Below, piece after piece: positions 20,656 through 29,639 of a stretch of DNA of 64,000 bases. Each line of letters opens with the position of its first letter. Within the stretch, counting starts at the first letter, position 1. The notes beneath the pieces are model-generated. The model was not told the origin of the DNA and made no database searches. It worked only from the letters and a program-made list of their open reading frames with translations. Location: the sequence record PZ452591.1; one strand, written 5' to 3'. A program made the position numbers and the translations under genes. Source of the DNA: a phage.

Positions 20656-21675
20656 CTAGTTTAGTGCATTTAGTGCATTATTCAGTTTAGAACGTTGCTT
20701 TGCCAGATTTTGAACCCTTGACTGAGCTTGTTCTAACACCTTTTCAGCTTCTAGCACTTCATTGGTCGCTTTAACGAGTTCATCATCTACTGCCTTGATA
20801 GACTTCTCAATCGCATCCGCGTGCCATTTTTCAACGGGTTTAAGACTCGGATTTTCAACAGGAAGAAAATTCACTTTATTGAATTTCCATGCATCTTTAT
20901 TACCTGAACTATACATCCAAAATTTAGGATCGTTTGATGAGTAATTAGATAAATTTAAGTTATCTTGCACTTCTTGCTTTTTCTCTTGCGGGACTTCGTC
21001 CTTTCTCAAAAAATCGTATTTAAATGAAACGACCATATCAAGTTCATATGTTGTTGTATGTTCCCAATTTCGCTCAAAACGAGGTAAAATCTTAGAATGA
21101 ACAGCGGCAACAACATCCATATACTTAAATGCTTCTGTCAACTGCGATTTAAGGCATTCACAAATTGAAAGAGAATTTTTTGTATTAGGTTTAAAGCTAA
21201 TTCGCGCAGTTCTATTATTTTCTTTTAATGGTCTTACTTCCATCTGAAGAGTATAACCATCAAATTTCAGGTTCTTTAAGTTAATGTCAGAACCTTTTAA
21301 TCGACTAGCCGTCGACAAAATTTGCTTTAATTGTTTACGGAATAGAGCAATAAATCTCCATTCAATACGATAATGATTTGGATTGAAAAATCCAGATGAT
21401 AAATCGACCTTACTCTGACCAACACCTTGAACAAATAGAGGATTTTTATAATCAATAGTTTTACAGAAATCGGTGAGCTGCTCACGAGCAGTCATTTGTG
21501 TAATATACCCCGCTTTACTAAAATGACGTAATAATTCACTGCTATTTAGATATTTAAAGTGAATAGCACGATTAACTTTATCAGGGTCTAAATTATTTTC
21601 ACACAAAAATGTCATAACATTACGAGTATCGCTGCCAGTACGAACCATATCTTCAATTTGAGAACGAGTTTTCAT
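20656..21675 (-). CDS. coiled-coil protein, paralog family member 3
   Basis: 339 aa; C-terminal coiled coil. Confidence 0.6.
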   Translation of the reverse strand: MKTRSQIEDMVRTGSDTRNVMTFLCENNLDPDKVNRAIHFKYLNSSELLRHFSKAGYITQMTAREQLTDFCKTIDYKNPLFVQGVGQSKVDLSSGFFNPNHYRIEWRFIALFRKQLKQILSTASRLKGSDINLKNLKFDGYTLQMEVRPLKENNRTARISFKPNTKNSLSICECLKSQLTEAFKYMDVVAAVHSKILPRFERNWEHTTTYELDMVVSFKYDFLRKDEVPQEKKQEVQDNLNLSNYSSNDPKFWMYSSGNKDAWKFNKVNFLPVENPSLKPVEKWHADAIEKSIKAVDDELVKATNEVLEAEKVLEQAQSRVQNLAKQRSKLNNALNALN

Positions 21676-21683
21676 GGTGTTCC

Positions 21684-22595
21684 TTAAGATTTAAGTAAAT
21701 CAACAATTTTAATTAACTTTTCACGCTCAGATTTAGCTTTACTACTCAGTCCAGATAGTCTGAAAATTTCATCATCATATTGTTGAATAGAAATATTCAG
21801 CTCTTCAATCTGTTTATTAAAATAATCAATTTGTTCAGAATGTTTTTCGTTACTACGAAATGGTACAGGTTTTGTAGGCAATTTAGTTGAATTGGATTCA
21901 TCCGGGCGATAAATTAAAATACAACTTGAACCAATCGGACATTTAGCACCAGATGAATATTCTAACGTTCCAGCTTCTTTTAAAACTTCAAAAGCTAAAC
22001 AGAGATGATGCCCCATATTAACATAATCAGTAGAGCGAGCTCTGACGTAATAATCATCTCCACGAGTGCTAAATTTAAAGCATTTAAGGTCTTCTGTATT
22101 ATTAGTTTTAAAAATCATTTGTTTATCTAGACCTTTAGCCAATCGAGCGCCTAATGCTAATAATCGTCGTTGATTTTCCCACAAATCCGCAATCATTTGG
22201 TCAAATGATAATTTCGGCATTAGTCGACCATAAAGGTCATATCCTTTATTATAATTGCGAAGGATTTCACTCGCGTTAATACGAGACAATGCTCCAATTT
22301 TATTAAGGGCTTTCATAATACGATTAGATAAACTCATTCCAGATCCGTTTGTTCGCTGCAAATGTTTATCTAATCCAAACCCAATATCAACTTTAAATTT
22401 ATCTAAAATTTCAGCATGAACATCTCTGTCAATAACATTCAAATCCAAAGTTGTGTTAAATCTATGAAAAAATTTATCTGGCTCTCCACGACGAAATACA
22501 GTCCATTCATTCATCATTTTTTTATTAACTAAAGATTTAATTACTGCATTGACATTATTAATTACGACTGACATATTTTCCTCACTCAATTTCAA
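21684..22595 (-). CDS. coiled-coil protein, paralog family member 4
   Basis: 303 aa; C-terminal coiled coil, related central segment. Confidence 0.55.
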   Translation of the reverse strand: MKLSEENMSVVINNVNAVIKSLVNKKMMNEWTVFRRGEPDKFFHRFNTTLDLNVIDRDVHAEILDKFKVDIGFGLDKHLQRTNGSGMSLSNRIMKALNKIGALSRINASEILRNYNKGYDLYGRLMPKLSFDQMIADLWENQRRLLALGARLAKGLDKQMIFKTNNTEDLKCFKFSTRGDDYYVRARSTDYVNMGHHLCLAFEVLKEAGTLEYSSGAKCPIGSSCILIYRPDESNSTKLPTKPVPFRSNEKHSEQIDYFNKQIEELNISIQQYDDEIFRLSGLSSKAKSEREKLIKIVDLLKS

Positions 22596-22989
22596 TTTTA
22601 CTAAATATATAGAATAAGATGGAACAGACTATATAAGCACCACACACAGATTGAACTAATACCATTCCAAAGAACCAAATAATATTATCAAACAGTGTCT
22701 GTTTTACGTCGAAAGGACGTAAACTTACAGTAATATTATCGCCTTTTTCTATTGATGAATACATCTCTGGTGAAATATATTCGCTAAATCTATAACCGTC
22801 TTTGAGTTCATATACGGCAATAAACGATAAACTAGACCCCTTTCCTTGAGTTCCTGTAAGGGTATTAACTACAGTAACATCATAATCTTTATAATGCATA
22901 TAATCATTAATTGCGTAATAACCATATGCAACTACTACACATAAACAACATATCAATAAATTCAATCTTTTAATTATCAACTGTTTCAT
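22582..22989 (-). CDS. membrane protein
   Basis: 135 aa, N-terminal and C-terminal hydrophobic segments. Confidence 0.5.
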   Translation of the reverse strand: MKQLIIKRLNLLICCLCVVVAYGYYAINDYMHYKDYDVTVVNTLTGTQGKGSSLSFIAVYELKDGYRFSEYISPEMYSSIEKGDNITVSLRPFDVKQTLFDNIIWFFGMVLVQSVCGAYIVCSILFYIFSKIEIE

Positions 22990-23044
22990 AATAATCTCAA
23001 TTAAAAGGGCTTAGAACCATTATACCATCCTTGATATAAAGCGG

Positions 23045-23572
23045 TTATGCGAGTACCGTCTTTAACCGTTCTTCAAACTTCCGAAGAGTATTTTGGCGTT
23101 CAGCTCTTTGCTTTTTGTAAGTTTCAATACGCTCTGAAATGAGAGTGTATCGTTCATTTACTGATTCTTTCATAAAATCAGGAATTTCACGAGAAGCTTT
23201 AATCTCGTCAAATTTATCAATAACAGCTTGCTCTTCAGCAATTAAGTTATCATACATTAAAATATCTTTCTTGATGAACTCAATATCTTCTTGAGTTACG
23301 CGAGATAATTTAGATGCTTTATCCTTTTTGTACTGTTCGTTAGTATCACGAGACCAGTGTAATGTACGATTTTTATTCGTATTTTTGTAAATTTCTACAA
23401 TACCGATCTCATCAATAATAACGATCCAATTCCAACGGGATTTGTAAATTTGTCCTCCATCAACAGTGATTTCACCTCCGATTGAGATGTCATTAAAGAA
23501 CTTGCTTTGTGCTTCAGATTTAAATTTACCATCGTTGTAATTTACCAGGTTGAAAATATCTTTAGCGTTCAT
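23045..23572 (-). CDS. hypothetical protein
   Basis: Track ORF extended through the promoter; ATG at 23572 with SD GGAGGAA gives 175 aa. Confidence 0.5.
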   Translation of the reverse strand: MNAKDIFNLVNYNDGKFKSEAQSKFFNDISIGGEITVDGGQIYKSRWNWIVIIDEIGIVEIYKNTNKNRTLHWSRDTNEQYKKDKASKLSRVTQEDIEFIKKDILMYDNLIAEEQAVIDKFDEIKASREIPDFMKESVNERYTLISERIETYKKQRAERQNTLRKFEERLKTVLA

Positions 23573-23600
23573 TTTGTGTTCCTCCGTAGTTGATAGTTGT

Positions 23601-23630
23601 ATAGTACCACAGAGGAACAGTCTTGTAAAC
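23601..23630 (-). promoter_or_regulatory. early (sigma70-type) promoter
   Basis: Minus strand GTTTACA-17 nt-TGGTACTAT; conserved 18-mer TGGTACTATACAACTATC shared with three other sites. Confidence 0.5.
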
Positions 23631-23632
23631 AA

Positions 23633-23947
23633 CTAAAAGAAACTTCTTTCACAATTTTTTCCACTGAACCACGCGCTCACTGCTTTCTTAGTCTCAGGAG
23701 CAGTGTTATCCATAAACCATTCAAAAGCAGCCTTTTTATGATTCTGGAGGGCTTCTCGGGCTTTAATCTGCTCACGGTCTATTAACACTAACATATGAGC
23801 CTTTCTTGTCACCAGGGGCTTCTTATGATTTTTTGAATATTCCCAATCATTTGTCCATCGCATCGTTGTTGCGAATTGAAGTACAGCTTCTTTAATCTTA
23901 GTTTCGTAAATTTCACGAGCCTTTGAGTATAACACCATTACCTCCAT
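23633..23947 (-). CDS. hypothetical protein
   Basis: 104-aa ORF. Confidence 0.5.
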   Translation of the reverse strand: MEVMVLYSKAREIYETKIKEAVLQFATTMRWTNDWEYSKNHKKPLVTRKAHMLVLIDREQIKAREALQNHKKAAFEWFMDNTAPETKKAVSAWFSGKNCERSFF

Positions 23948-24036
23948 TTACCAGTTTAATTCTAGTCATCTTTTTAATGGCAGTCCATATAATCTATTTC
24001 TGAACTGCCTTTTTGTCATAGAAGTCCTCTTATGAA

Positions 24037-25023
24037 TTATTTCAGAAGAGTAACCTCAGCGATTTCTTCCCAACCGTTTTTGTCGGTCATAATAAAGTCA
24101 GCAAGATAAAGAGCAGTACGCAGTGAAACATTGCGTAAACGATTAACATTGACTTTCATCCATGATAATGCTTTATAAGTTTCTTCATCAGAAAGACCGC
24201 GCTTTTGCATCATGTCGGTTGAAAGAATAACATCTTCAACCCTGACCATAATTTCTTCATTAGTGTGAACACCCAAATCTAAATAAACTGAGCGGGACAC
24301 TAATGCTTGTAAATGTGGAGCAAGTTTAGTACCACGGTCTAATTCGCGGTCAATGTCAACGTTTGTGATAAAAACAATCGTTCCTTTAAATTCAAACTCA
24401 CGCTCAATGCCTTTTTCTTCTAAGTAAGAAGATGCAGTGCTCCAGCAGACTTTACGGGTCTCTCCAGTGTCCAGAGCAGCTTTCAGAAGATTAAGAATGT
24501 CCATATCAGAGAAAACATCCACATCATCAATCAAAAGGACAGAATTCTCTTCACGATTATTCCAAAGCTGTTCATAAAGACCGATACCAGAGATTTTACC
24601 ATTAATGCTTTTATATTCAATGTATCCAATATCATTTGCTTTATTTAAAGCTTTATCCAAAGAATACGTTTTACCAATACCTGCTGCTCCCGAGATAATT
24701 AATGAACGAATGTTTCCGTTAATAATACCATTCGTCATCATTCCCATAACATTAAATCTTTTATTAATGCGGGTTTTCATATCTTCATATGATTCTTTAA
24801 CTTCTTCAACTTTTACACCATCATATGAAATGTCTGATTTGTAAACCCAAACACCGCGACGCTTACCGTCAATTTCAACAAAAACTTTACCATCTCCTTG
24901 TGCATCCACCGGAGCATTATCTGGGAACCATTCACCTAAGAGCTCAAAAGTTCCAGAGATTTCTTTACCGAAGTAGATACCCTTATTGATAGTTACAGTT
25001 TTCATTTTATTCTCCAAATCCAT
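24037..25023 (-). CDS. AAA+ family ATPase
   Basis: 328 aa; Walker A GAAGIGKT, Walker B VLLIDDVD, sensor-like FITN. Confidence 0.65.
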   Translation of the reverse strand: MDLENKMKTVTINKGIYFGKEISGTFELLGEWFPDNAPVDAQGDGKVFVEIDGKRRGVWVYKSDISYDGVKVEEVKESYEDMKTRINKRFNVMGMMTNGIINGNIRSLIISGAAGIGKTYSLDKALNKANDIGYIEYKSINGKISGIGLYEQLWNNREENSVLLIDDVDVFSDMDILNLLKAALDTGETRKVCWSTASSYLEEKGIEREFEFKGTIVFITNVDIDRELDRGTKLAPHLQALVSRSVYLDLGVHTNEEIMVRVEDVILSTDMMQKRGLSDEETYKALSWMKVNVNRLRNVSLRTALYLADFIMTDKNGWEEIAEVTLLK

Positions 25024-25039
25024 ATCAGTTGATAGTTGT

Positions 25040-25069
25040 ATAGTACCATAAAGCTTTATGCTTGTAAAC
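25040..25069 (-). promoter_or_regulatory. early promoter upstream of AAA+ ATPase gene
   Basis: GTTTACA-17 nt-TGGTACTAT on minus strand, just downstream of a strong terminator. Confidence 0.55.
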
Positions 25070-25101
25070 CGTTTTGTGAAAAAAAAAATTTAAAATAAAA
25101 A

Positions 25102-25119
25102 GGGAGCCCGAAGGCTCCC
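25102..25119 (-). terminator. intrinsic terminator (UUCG-tetraloop hairpin plus U-run)
   Basis: Minus strand GGGAGCC-UUCG-GGCUCCC followed by UUUUUAUUUUAAAUUUUUUUUU. Confidence 0.7.
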
Positions 25120-25121
25120 TA

Positions 25122-26135
25122 TCATTTATAATAACTTCGATGGTTTTCAAGATAGACTTTCTCAAGGAAGTCATCCCAAAAACCCATGTCCACTTTTTGC
25201 TGCATACCGTTCTTAGAAGCTTCAGTAGATGCTGCTTCTACTTGATCGACCACATCTTCCAAAAACTCTTGAACGGTTTTAAATGGATGTTTACCCAACT
25301 TCACGTCGAGAATAAATGGAGCGTCTTGAAGTGGATAAACCAAGTCGCCAGTTTTGTAAATTTCCAATAGTTGAAGTCCACCACGACAGGCATGGCTCAG
25401 AGCTTTCCAGTCAATGCCTTCGTTGGCTTCGGCCTTACGAGCGCGTTCACCATATTCAGCATCTAATTTGTTCAGTGACTGCTTAATCTCAATAAGAGAA
25501 AGCGTTGTCTGATATTTACGACCCAACACAGTGTAGAACGTTTGTGGGCCTGTTTTCTCATGATTATGGAACACCCATTCACAGAATTCATTTTCTGGAA
25601 GACGATGCTTAATATCTTCAACTTTAGTGCGACGCTGCTTAATAGAACCATCTTCTTGGTAATCAACCCATTGCTCGGGGATTTGATTAACTACTTTCAA
25701 TACATCACGTAATGCAGCCAAACGAGAACCCTTGACACCGTATTTAGAAGCTTGCTTGCGAACATATCCTAAATATGATTTCATGTTAGTCGTATAAAAA
25801 CGAGAACGGTTGTCTTGAATAAACTTCCACACGTCAGGCAAATCAGATTTAACCACTAGTTCAGGTGGAGTGTGAAGCATATCTAATGCTACAGTTTCAC
25901 CATCTGCTGCTAATTTAAAGAAATACTTAAGACTATACAATTCGTGGTCAATATCATCTTTAGTGTTTTTAGATGATGTGTTGTTAGTGTTTTTACTCAT
26001 GTGCTCTTTAACGTTTCCGATAAGAATATCGCGAGCAGGAGGAACAAAAATTTCTTTAAAATCTACATCAGATTCTGGGGTAGAAGTTCCATAAAGATGA
26101 CTACCAAAATAGCTTTTCATTACTGTTTTCATCAT
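25122..26135 (-). CDS. pol-beta-superfamily nucleotidyltransferase-fold protein
   Basis: 337 aa; N-terminal GS-x10-DVD motif (FGSHLYGTSTPESDVDF) with downstream acidic DIDHE. Confidence 0.55.
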   Translation of the reverse strand: MMKTVMKSYFGSHLYGTSTPESDVDFKEIFVPPARDILIGNVKEHMSKNTNNTSSKNTKDDIDHELYSLKYFFKLAADGETVALDMLHTPPELVVKSDLPDVWKFIQDNRSRFYTTNMKSYLGYVRKQASKYGVKGSRLAALRDVLKVVNQIPEQWVDYQEDGSIKQRRTKVEDIKHRLPENEFCEWVFHNHEKTGPQTFYTVLGRKYQTTLSLIEIKQSLNKLDAEYGERARKAEANEGIDWKALSHACRGGLQLLEIYKTGDLVYPLQDAPFILDVKLGKHPFKTVQEFLEDVVDQVEAASTEASKNGMQQKVDMGFWDDFLEKVYLENHRSYYK

Positions 26136-26593
26136 TCAGCCTTATATTCAATAACAGGACATACTTTAGCTTTACGAGCTTTTAAAAATTCAACGATAAC
26201 CGATTTCTTGGGTTGAATAGGAGGTAAACCTTTATACGCCCTATCAATATTTTCTACGTGTAAAGCATAATCCTTTTTCCATTTATAATCTTTATATTTT
26301 TCACGCAAATATGCAGGAATAACAAATGAACCGATAATAAGTAAAACAACCAAAAGCGCAAGTATAAATGCCGATGGAAGAAGAGTCCATAAACTACCGA
26401 AAATAAGCCAACGTTGTAGGCTTTCTGCACAAATAATTGTTAGCCCTACGAGTATAGCACATCCAAAAATAGAAACGAAAAATGTAGGAATGGCAATAGA
26501 CCAAAAATATGCGCATAATGTCTTGGGTCGTTGCCATTCATCGTTAAACAATTTGAATAATTTATAGTGCCAAGAGTTTTCATTAATAATCAT
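26132..26593 (-). CDS. integral membrane protein
   Basis: 153 aa with ~3 predicted TM helices; stop overlaps NTase ATG (ATGA). Confidence 0.55.
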   Translation of the reverse strand: MIINENSWHYKLFKLFNDEWQRPKTLCAYFWSIAIPTFFVSIFGCAILVGLTIICAESLQRWLIFGSLWTLLPSAFILALLVVLLIIGSFVIPAYLREKYKDYKWKKDYALHVENIDRAYKGLPPIQPKKSVIVEFLKARKAKVCPVIEYKAE

Positions 26594-26595
26594 AA

Positions 26596-27117
26596 TTATC
26601 CTTTCATTGAAGGCGTAACGGTTGTTAAATACTTAATCATAGCTTCAGCTTCTGATTTTGACAATGAAATTTCTCCATTGTTTTGACGAATAGAAATAAA
26701 ATCCGGATGACGGTCACCACCAGCTTTTAAAACATACATATAAGTATCAACTTCGCCTTCAATATTTGAAATGATTGAAGCAGTTCCACATGAATGCGGT
26801 TTTTGATAAATCAATACAGCTTTTCTTCCACCGTTTGACTGTTCATAGGCTTTTAATACATCAAACAAATCAGTTCTTTTATCAATAGCTAAAATGTTAT
26901 TTTCATCTTCAATGTTAAATCCTTCGGATACTTCATAAAGTGTCACCCATAAATCGCCAATATCAATAACAGCATTTACGTTTCCACGGCTTTCAAGAGC
27001 ATGACAAATTTTCTTGATTTCGTCATAACTCATTTTAATAATATCATCTCCTTGAATAAGAAAGATGTCATTTTTAAATTCAACACGAATTAAACCACTT
27101 CCACTTGAAATAAACAT
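26596..27117 (-). CDS. hypothetical protein, paralog of 27124-27681
   Basis: 173 aa; shared GFNI and C-terminal EA.A..KYL..V.P.M motifs. Confidence 0.55.
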   Translation of the reverse strand: MFISSGSGLIRVEFKNDIFLIQGDDIIKMSYDEIKKICHALESRGNVNAVIDIGDLWVTLYEVSEGFNIEDENNILAIDKRTDLFDVLKAYEQSNGGRKAVLIYQKPHSCGTASIISNIEGEVDTYMYVLKAGGDRHPDFISIRQNNGEISLSKSEAEAMIKYLTTVTPSMKG

Positions 27118-27123
27118 ATTTCC

Positions 27124-27681
27124 TCACTTTGAAATCATAGTTGGAATAACAGAATCAAGATAAGTCTTTAGCGCAATAGCTTCGTCTTTGGTAAATGTAA
27201 TGATATGTGATCGAAAATCGTCAATTTGGCGAATAGTTAAGACATCTCCCTCTTCATAACATTTTGATACATTTAAAAGAGTTTCATCATTCTGATTGCA
27301 AGCGTTAGTAATAATAGCATTGCAATTTTTGAGCCATTTTAAACTATGTTTTCTTTCATTAGAATAATAAAAATATTTAATCTTAGCTATAAAACTATCC
27401 CAATGGATAACTGATAAACACATTGACTCACTTTTAATATTAAATCCTGGGCATGAAGAATAAAAATGAATTTTGTGCTCATCATTGATGCTTACTATTT
27501 TATCAGTATAAGGATATTCAATTTGGGTTAAATGAATGATTTCACTAGGCGTAAAATATAGCATATCGTCTTCTTGCGTCAAACGATACATGTTATTTAC
27601 TTTTTCTATAGTCAATTCACCAAAAAGCGGACTAACTTCTAATACTAATCGTTTCATATTGATTCTCTTCGACTCACTCAC
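27124..27681 (-). CDS. hypothetical protein, paralog of 26596-27117 (start may be ATG at 27657)
   Basis: 185-aa track ORF begins at GTG; ATG at 27657 preceded by AAGAGAA. Confidence 0.55.
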   Translation of the reverse strand: MSESKRINMKRLVLEVSPLFGELTIEKVNNMYRLTQEDDMLYFTPSEIIHLTQIEYPYTDKIVSINDEHKIHFYSSCPGFNIKSESMCLSVIHWDSFIAKIKYFYYSNERKHSLKWLKNCNAIITNACNQNDETLLNVSKCYEEGDVLTIRQIDDFRSHIITFTKDEAIALKTYLDSVIPTMISK

Positions 27682-27816
27682 AATTACATACTCCTTTGAA
27701 TAATATCAATAATGTTGTTCACCAGATTATAAGTAAACATTGGGTAATTATATTGAATCATCACATACACAACAAACAAAACTTTCATTCTCTTCTCCTT
27801 GGCAGTTGACAAGATT

Positions 27817-27846
27817 ACTATACCATAACCTTGCCAACTTGTAAAC
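27817..27846 (-). promoter_or_regulatory. early promoter of the four-gene NTase operon
   Basis: GTTTACA-17 nt-TATAGT; -10 element lies within inverted repeat GTTGGCAAG/CTTGTCAAC. Confidence 0.5.
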
Positions 27847-28011
27847 CATTAAATGACGTTTTCAATAAAATTCTGAAGCTTTGTGTGAGCATCAACCATG
27901 ATTTTCATTTCTTCCTCTGCGAAAGCTGTACCTCTTTCCCGAGCAGAATACTCATAGTCAGAAACTGCATTAGCATATTCTTCAATTAGCTTCATTAAAA
28001 ACATCTGCTTT

Positions 28012-28206
28012 TCAGTTTTCATTATTCCACCTAATCATTTCAAGATATTGAACTAACTTAGCTTTAGATTTATCCAAATCCTTTTTAGCTGCTTCTATAC
28101 CGTCGTATGAATATCCTTCACAATGCTCAACTGCTAATTGATATGAATCTATTTCAATATCACGTGCTAATTTAATGATTTTTTCAAACTGTTCGCGTGT
28201 TAGCAT
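28012..28206 (-). CDS. small acidic helical protein (family of four)
   Basis: 64 aa, MLTREQFEKIIKL... pattern shared with 28209, 30223, 30408 ORFs. Confidence 0.45.
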   Translation of the reverse strand: MLTREQFEKIIKLARDIEIDSYQLAVEHCEGYSYDGIEAAKKDLDKSKAKLVQYLEMIRWNNEN

Positions 28207-28208
28207 AA

Positions 28209-28412
28209 TTAAACTCTCGTATTATGATCGATAATTTCATCAAGAAACATATCTAACGCTTCTAAAGCATTATCAACTTTAGCTTCAAGTTCATCAATGC
28301 CTTTATTTGCAATGCCTGACGAAAACCAAGCAAAGTCACTAAGTTCCTCGTCTGCTTTACGAATTAAAGCTACCAATTCTTTAATCTTATCCGCTTGTTC
28401 GATACTAATCAT
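28209..28412 (-). CDS. small acidic helical protein (family of four)
   Basis: Likely start M13 ([14 protein letters not shown]...), 67 aa; track ORF extends to 28448. Confidence 0.45.
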   Translation of the reverse strand: MISIEQADKIKELVALIRKADEELSDFAWFSSGIANKGIDELEAKVDNALEALDMFLDEIIDHNTRV

Positions 28413-28600
28413 TATTCCACCACATATGAAAGAGAGAATATTGCACACGCCATGTGAGTTGCAACTTCATCACACATATTATAACGTTTCTTAAGAAGTT
28501 CTACAAGTTCTTCACTAGTAACTTCATCCATGTCGACGAAAAAATCACCATTAATGATGACGTAGATATTTCCTTCTTGATTAAGTGCTTCAATTTTCAT
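28412..28600 (-). CDS. hypothetical protein
   Basis: ATG at 28600 after SD GAGGAG, 62 aa; track ORF extends through promoter to 28645. Confidence 0.45.
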
Positions 28601-28628
28601 GATGTTCTCCTCTTTATCCGATAGTTGT

Positions 28629-28658
28629 ATAGTACCACAGCTCAAACGGAAAGTAAAC
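28629..28658 (-). promoter_or_regulatory. early promoter
   Basis: GTTTACT-17 nt-TGGTACTAT on minus strand following a terminator hairpin. Confidence 0.5.
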
Positions 28659-28674
28659 CGGTAAAATGAAAAAA

Positions 28675-28690
28675 GTCTCCCGAAGGAGAC
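28675..28690 (-). terminator. intrinsic terminator
   Basis: Minus strand GUCUCC-UUCG-GGAGAC followed by UUUUUUCAUUUU, after rI.-1-position gene. Confidence 0.65.
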
Positions 28691-28695
28691 TAATG

Positions 28696-29082
28696 TTATT
28701 CGAGGGAAAGAAGATATTTACTCTGGTAAAACATTCCAGTAATATCATCTATCGTGCTTTGGATGGCTGGAGGCATTTCTTTATAAATGCTGTTAGATTG
28801 GTCTAGTATGCGATCAATCATTTTAATTGTGTCGGTAGGAAGTTTACTGGCATCTGGAATTGAAGGTGTGTATTTTCTACCAGAATACCCCAAATATTGC
28901 TCACCAAATTTATCAATCAAATCTGGCAACTCGGAGAAAATAAAATCGTATGCTTTGTGTCTAGCATAATTTTTAGTTTCAAAATGTGCAGAATGAAAAT
29001 AAGCTTGTGCAGCCATTAATAAACCTAAGTATTCATCTGCCTTTGAAGGTTTTCCACTTTGTGAAAAGTCGCTGAATTTCAT
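28696..29082 (-). CDS. hypothetical protein (rI.-1 position)
   Basis: 128-aa ORF immediately downstream of rI, followed by terminator. Confidence 0.5.
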
Positions 29083-29372
29083 TCAGTCTCCAATTTAATG
29101 TTCATAATTCTAGCGTATGATTGTGCCATCTCCGCGCCTCGTTCTATACATTCAAAATCAGAAGAGCACGGGTCATTTTTATAGGTCGTTCTCATAAAAC
29201 TATAGAATTGTTCAGACGATTCTACGCTTTTATTTTCAAAAAGCATATAAACGTGCCTAATACCAGATTCCATAAATTTATCAAAATGAGGATCGACATT
29301 CGCTTCAATCGATGGAGATAAAACAAATGACAATCCTAGCATGGCAAATAGTGCCGTTGCTTTTAAGGCCAT
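29079..29372 (-). CDS. rI: lysis inhibition regulator rI
   Basis: 97 aa, N-terminal signal-anchor MALKATALFAMLGLSFVLSPSIEA; T4 rI size and position. Confidence 0.8.
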   Translation of the reverse strand: MALKATALFAMLGLSFVLSPSIEANVDPHFDKFMESGIRHVYMLFENKSVESSEQFYSFMRTTYKNDPCSSDFECIERGAEMAQSYARIMNIKLETE

Positions 29373-29384
29373 AAAGGCCTCCTA

Positions 29385-29597
29385 TCATTTTTGTCCTGTA
29401 TTTACTTTATGCCGATGCACGGCCTTAACTTTATCAAGGTATTTTTCAAAATTTCGCAATCTAGTATAGTCTGCCGGAGATTGGTTGAGTGATACTTCTC
29501 GACGCAAAGCTGAAATGATATTTCCAACTTCCCTACGAATTTCATCTAATTGAAGAACAGTAAGATTGCGAAGTTGCTTTTCAGTTAATTGTAGCAT
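29385..29597 (-). CDS. hypothetical protein (rI.1 position)
   Basis: 70-aa ORF with late promoter TATAAATA upstream. Confidence 0.5.
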
Positions 29598-29622
29598 ATA
29601 TACCCCTTTAGTTAGATAAACC

Positions 29623-29630
29623 TATTTATA
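29623..29630 (-). promoter_or_regulatory. late promoter (TATAAATA) for rI.1/rI
   Basis: Exact TATAAATA on minus strand ~25 nt upstream of the 29597 start. Confidence 0.55.
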
Positions 29631-29639
29631 ACTTTTGCA

